Shown here one piece after another: positions 62,197 to 64,000 of a DNA stretch of 64,000 nt. The notes beneath the pieces are model-generated. The model was not told the DNA's origin. It was given only the letters and a program-made list of their open reading frames with translations, and did not search any database. Position 1 is the first letter of the stretch. Each line of letters begins with the position of its first letter. The stretch is from assembly GCA_031372065.1 (NCBI GenBank), contig JANMKN010000015.1:1683-65682 (forward strand), given 5' to 3'. Origin of the DNA: Abditibacteriaceae bacterium. Its GTDB lineage: Bacteria > Armatimonadota > Abditibacteriia > Abditibacteriales > Abditibacteriaceae. The translations under genes and the position numbers were made by a program.

Positions 62197-64000
62197 ATGA
62201 ACAATTACTTTTGTCCTTTTCACGCCAAAAAATTGAAGATCACAACTTCCTCTGTGAAATTAATAATTGCGAGTGCTTTGTTATTGCTCATTGCTCATAC
62301 CAATGCGCAGAAAGAGACAAGCGCGGAGGAAAAATTTCGGCCACTTGTAGAAGATGAAGCGTTTGCAACGCTCAACTTAGACAGCGTCAAGTGGCAGCAT
62401 CCAGATCGAGTGCTGCTTCCCAATGAAGATTTGGAGCATACACAGGGCGTGTTTAGAGCTTACGAAGTTAATCTACCTACAGCTTACTGGGGAGATTGGC
62501 CTTCTGTTGCTTGCTTTAGCAATTCTCTGGTTCGTGTCGTTGATACCCGACAGGGCCAGCACAGCGAGCAAAATCTGCGAAGCATAGCAAGTGAATATCT
62601 GGCGAAACACTTTCCCAAAGAATGGGCGATTCTCCAAAAGGGAGAGCCTTTTACTACCAATCCAATCCAGCAATTACCCTATAAATCTGGGATTTATGAG
62701 TTTGGTTGGCGGTTCATCAGTGAACTTGAGGATTGGTATTGTGAAGGGAGAGTGCAAGTTCGAGCGATAGATGGGAAAGCCGTGGGGTTTCGTGTATTCA
62801 AGGGACATTGGCCTGAACATAAAATTACAAGAACTGAGGCAGAGAAATCGGTCCGTCAATGTCTTGCGCGTTATCAACTCAAAATTCTCAAAGTCCAAGT
62901 AGGAACTCTTGATAGAGCGGTTAAAGCACCGAAGACAGTATGGCGAGTCGGTGTGACTGCAAAAGATGAGAAAAATAACTCCATCTTGCAAGTCAAAGGT
63001 GGACTTTTTGCGGATGCTCAAACAGGTGAAGTAATGAATTGTGAAACCCTTGATTGGCAGCCGATCAATGATGAAATGTTAGTCAAACCCACTTTTGAAC
63101 CTGTTATTGTCGCTCCTTCGTGGTCGAAGCAAGGCTTGACTTATGTTTCAGTTAGCTCATTGGCAGGTTTGCCGGATTGGGCGGCAACACGTCCTCAAAC
63201 ATTCCTGCGGGACACAAAAGGGCAAATCCATTATCTCACTTCGGACTTGGAATCAGGCTCATTTGCCACATCAGCACTCAATACAGGTTCTTGGTTTGCT
63301 ATCCAACGGCAACGTTGGACATATGCCCTTAATCTCGAAACCGGCGCCTATCGCATTTTAGGGATGCCCGAACGGGCCGGCGAGACGCCAACGATTGACC
63401 CTGACGGCAAGTGGGCCATAGTTTCCGGCACCGGGCGTGACCGCAATACTGATATGGATTTGCTGCCGGATGATTTGTCAACACGCGGCGAATTGCTGGG
63501 CAATCGCGGGCGCTTGGTAAGCAAAGGCGACGATCATCATCCGCTCTTTTCGCCCGACAACAAATGGCTGTATTTTGTCACCTCCAGCGAAGCCAACGGC
63601 AAAGTGACTCAAGCCTTGCGGCGCATTCCGGCGGAGTTGGCGCACACCAAAGAGGTTGTCACGCTCAAACCAACGCAAATCGAAACTATCATTCCCAACT
63701 TTGCGGGCCAAGTTTTGCGCCTCAGTCTGTTTCCCAACGGGCAAAAGCTGCTGTTGCAAACCGAAAAAGAGATGCTGGTTTTGTCCATCACCGATAAAAA
63801 AGCCACGCCCCTTGCGCCGAAAAACCTCAAAGATGCCGAAGTCAACGCACCGATTACGCAAACGCGCGATGGTTGGGCCGGGCCAAGCGATAACGAAGTA
63901 ACGTTTTCGGGCAAAACCACCGATAAAGACGGCAAAATCCGCTGGCGCATTTATAGCTGCCGCTTCGATGGCAGCGGTCTCAAAGCGTGGACGCCCAAAG
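62197..64000 (+). CDS. Secreted protein with C-terminal TolB/PD40-like beta-propeller repeats (3' partial; not in supplied ORF track)
   Basis: I translated frame 1 by hand from the ATG at 62197 and found no stop up to the window edge. It has a signal-like segment (ITTSSVKLIIASALLLLIAHTNAQ) and later DPDGKWAIVSG and SPDNKWLYFVTS blades. The first ~1.2 kb is AT-rich. Confidence 0.65.
   Translation, partial: MNNYFCPFHAKKLKITTSSVKLIIASALLLLIAHTNAQKETSAEEKFRPLVEDEAFATLNLDSVKWQHPDRVLLPNEDLEHTQGVFRAYEVNLPTAYWGDWPSVACFSNSLVRVVDTRQGQHSEQNLRSIASEYLAKHFPKEWAILQKGEPFTTNPIQQLPYKSGIYEFGWRFISELEDWYCEGRVQVRAIDGKAVGFRVFKGHWPEHKITRTEAEKSVRQCLARYQLKILKVQVGTLDRAVKAPKTVWRVGVTAKDEKNNSILQVKGGLFADAQTGEVMNCETLDWQPINDEMLVKPTFEPVIVAPSWSKQGLTYVSVSSLAGLPDWAATRPQTFLRDTKGQIHYLTSDLESGSFATSALNTGSWFAIQRQRWTYALNLETGAYRILGMPERAGETPTIDPDGKWAIVSGTGRDRNTDMDLLPDDLSTRGELLGNRGRLVSKGDDHHPLFSPDNKWLYFVTSSEANGKVTQALRRIPAELAHTKEVVTLKPTQIETIIPNFAGQVLRLSLFPNGQKLLLQTEKEMLVLSITDKKATPLAPKNLKDAEVNAPITQTRDGWAGPSDNEVTFSGKTTDKDGKIRWRIYSCRFDGSGLKAWTPK

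Overview
64-kb chromosomal window from a moderately GC-rich bacterium. A prepilin-type H-X9-DG-like protein, an SLH module and many secreted low-complexity proteins suggest an Armatimonadota- or PVC-like lineage, but that is only a guess. No rRNA, tRNA, CRISPR array, transposase or integrase was recognised. The backbone holds housekeeping genes (rplU-rpmA, tsaD, argB-argD-argF), a surface-polysaccharide modification cluster (13.5-17.4 kb, minus strand), a glycan-degradation cluster (GH127, CE4 deacetylase, SASA esterase; 40.3-47.0 kb), a GAF-GGDEF-HD-GYP signalling protein and an OmpR-type regulator with its HAMP histidine kinase. The accessory part is a compositional mosaic at about 27.8-40.2 kb, wedged between carbohydrate-active enzyme genes. 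The main candidate for something new lies inside it: a five-gene minus-strand cassette (34117-39497) encoding a BrxD/DUF2791-like P-loop ATPase, a degenerate ATPase-like partner, an SNF2 helicase and two proteins I cannot place. The cassette is bracketed by 32-nt direct repeats (28/32 identical). These duplicate the first codons of the downstream enolase-superfamily gene, so the cassette looks like a discrete insertion. It has no methyltransferase, PglZ, TerB or nuclease, so it matches none of the ATPase-plus-helicase defence systems I know. Other notable items: a family of secreted proteins (four paralogues at two loci), two of them with FGG/GGPGG low-complexity tails and LTXXQ-like motifs, divergent from the two-component pair (a cpxP-cpxRA-like layout); four unrelated intergenic tandem-repeat arrays that all share a 21-bp period or a multiple of it; an SLH-like module nested inside a sialate O-acetylesterase; an AT-rich module with an NlpC/P60-like protein and a 917-aa IPT/TIG protein with a central multi-pass membrane block; and an ORF missing from the supplied track that runs off the 3' edge (62197 onward).
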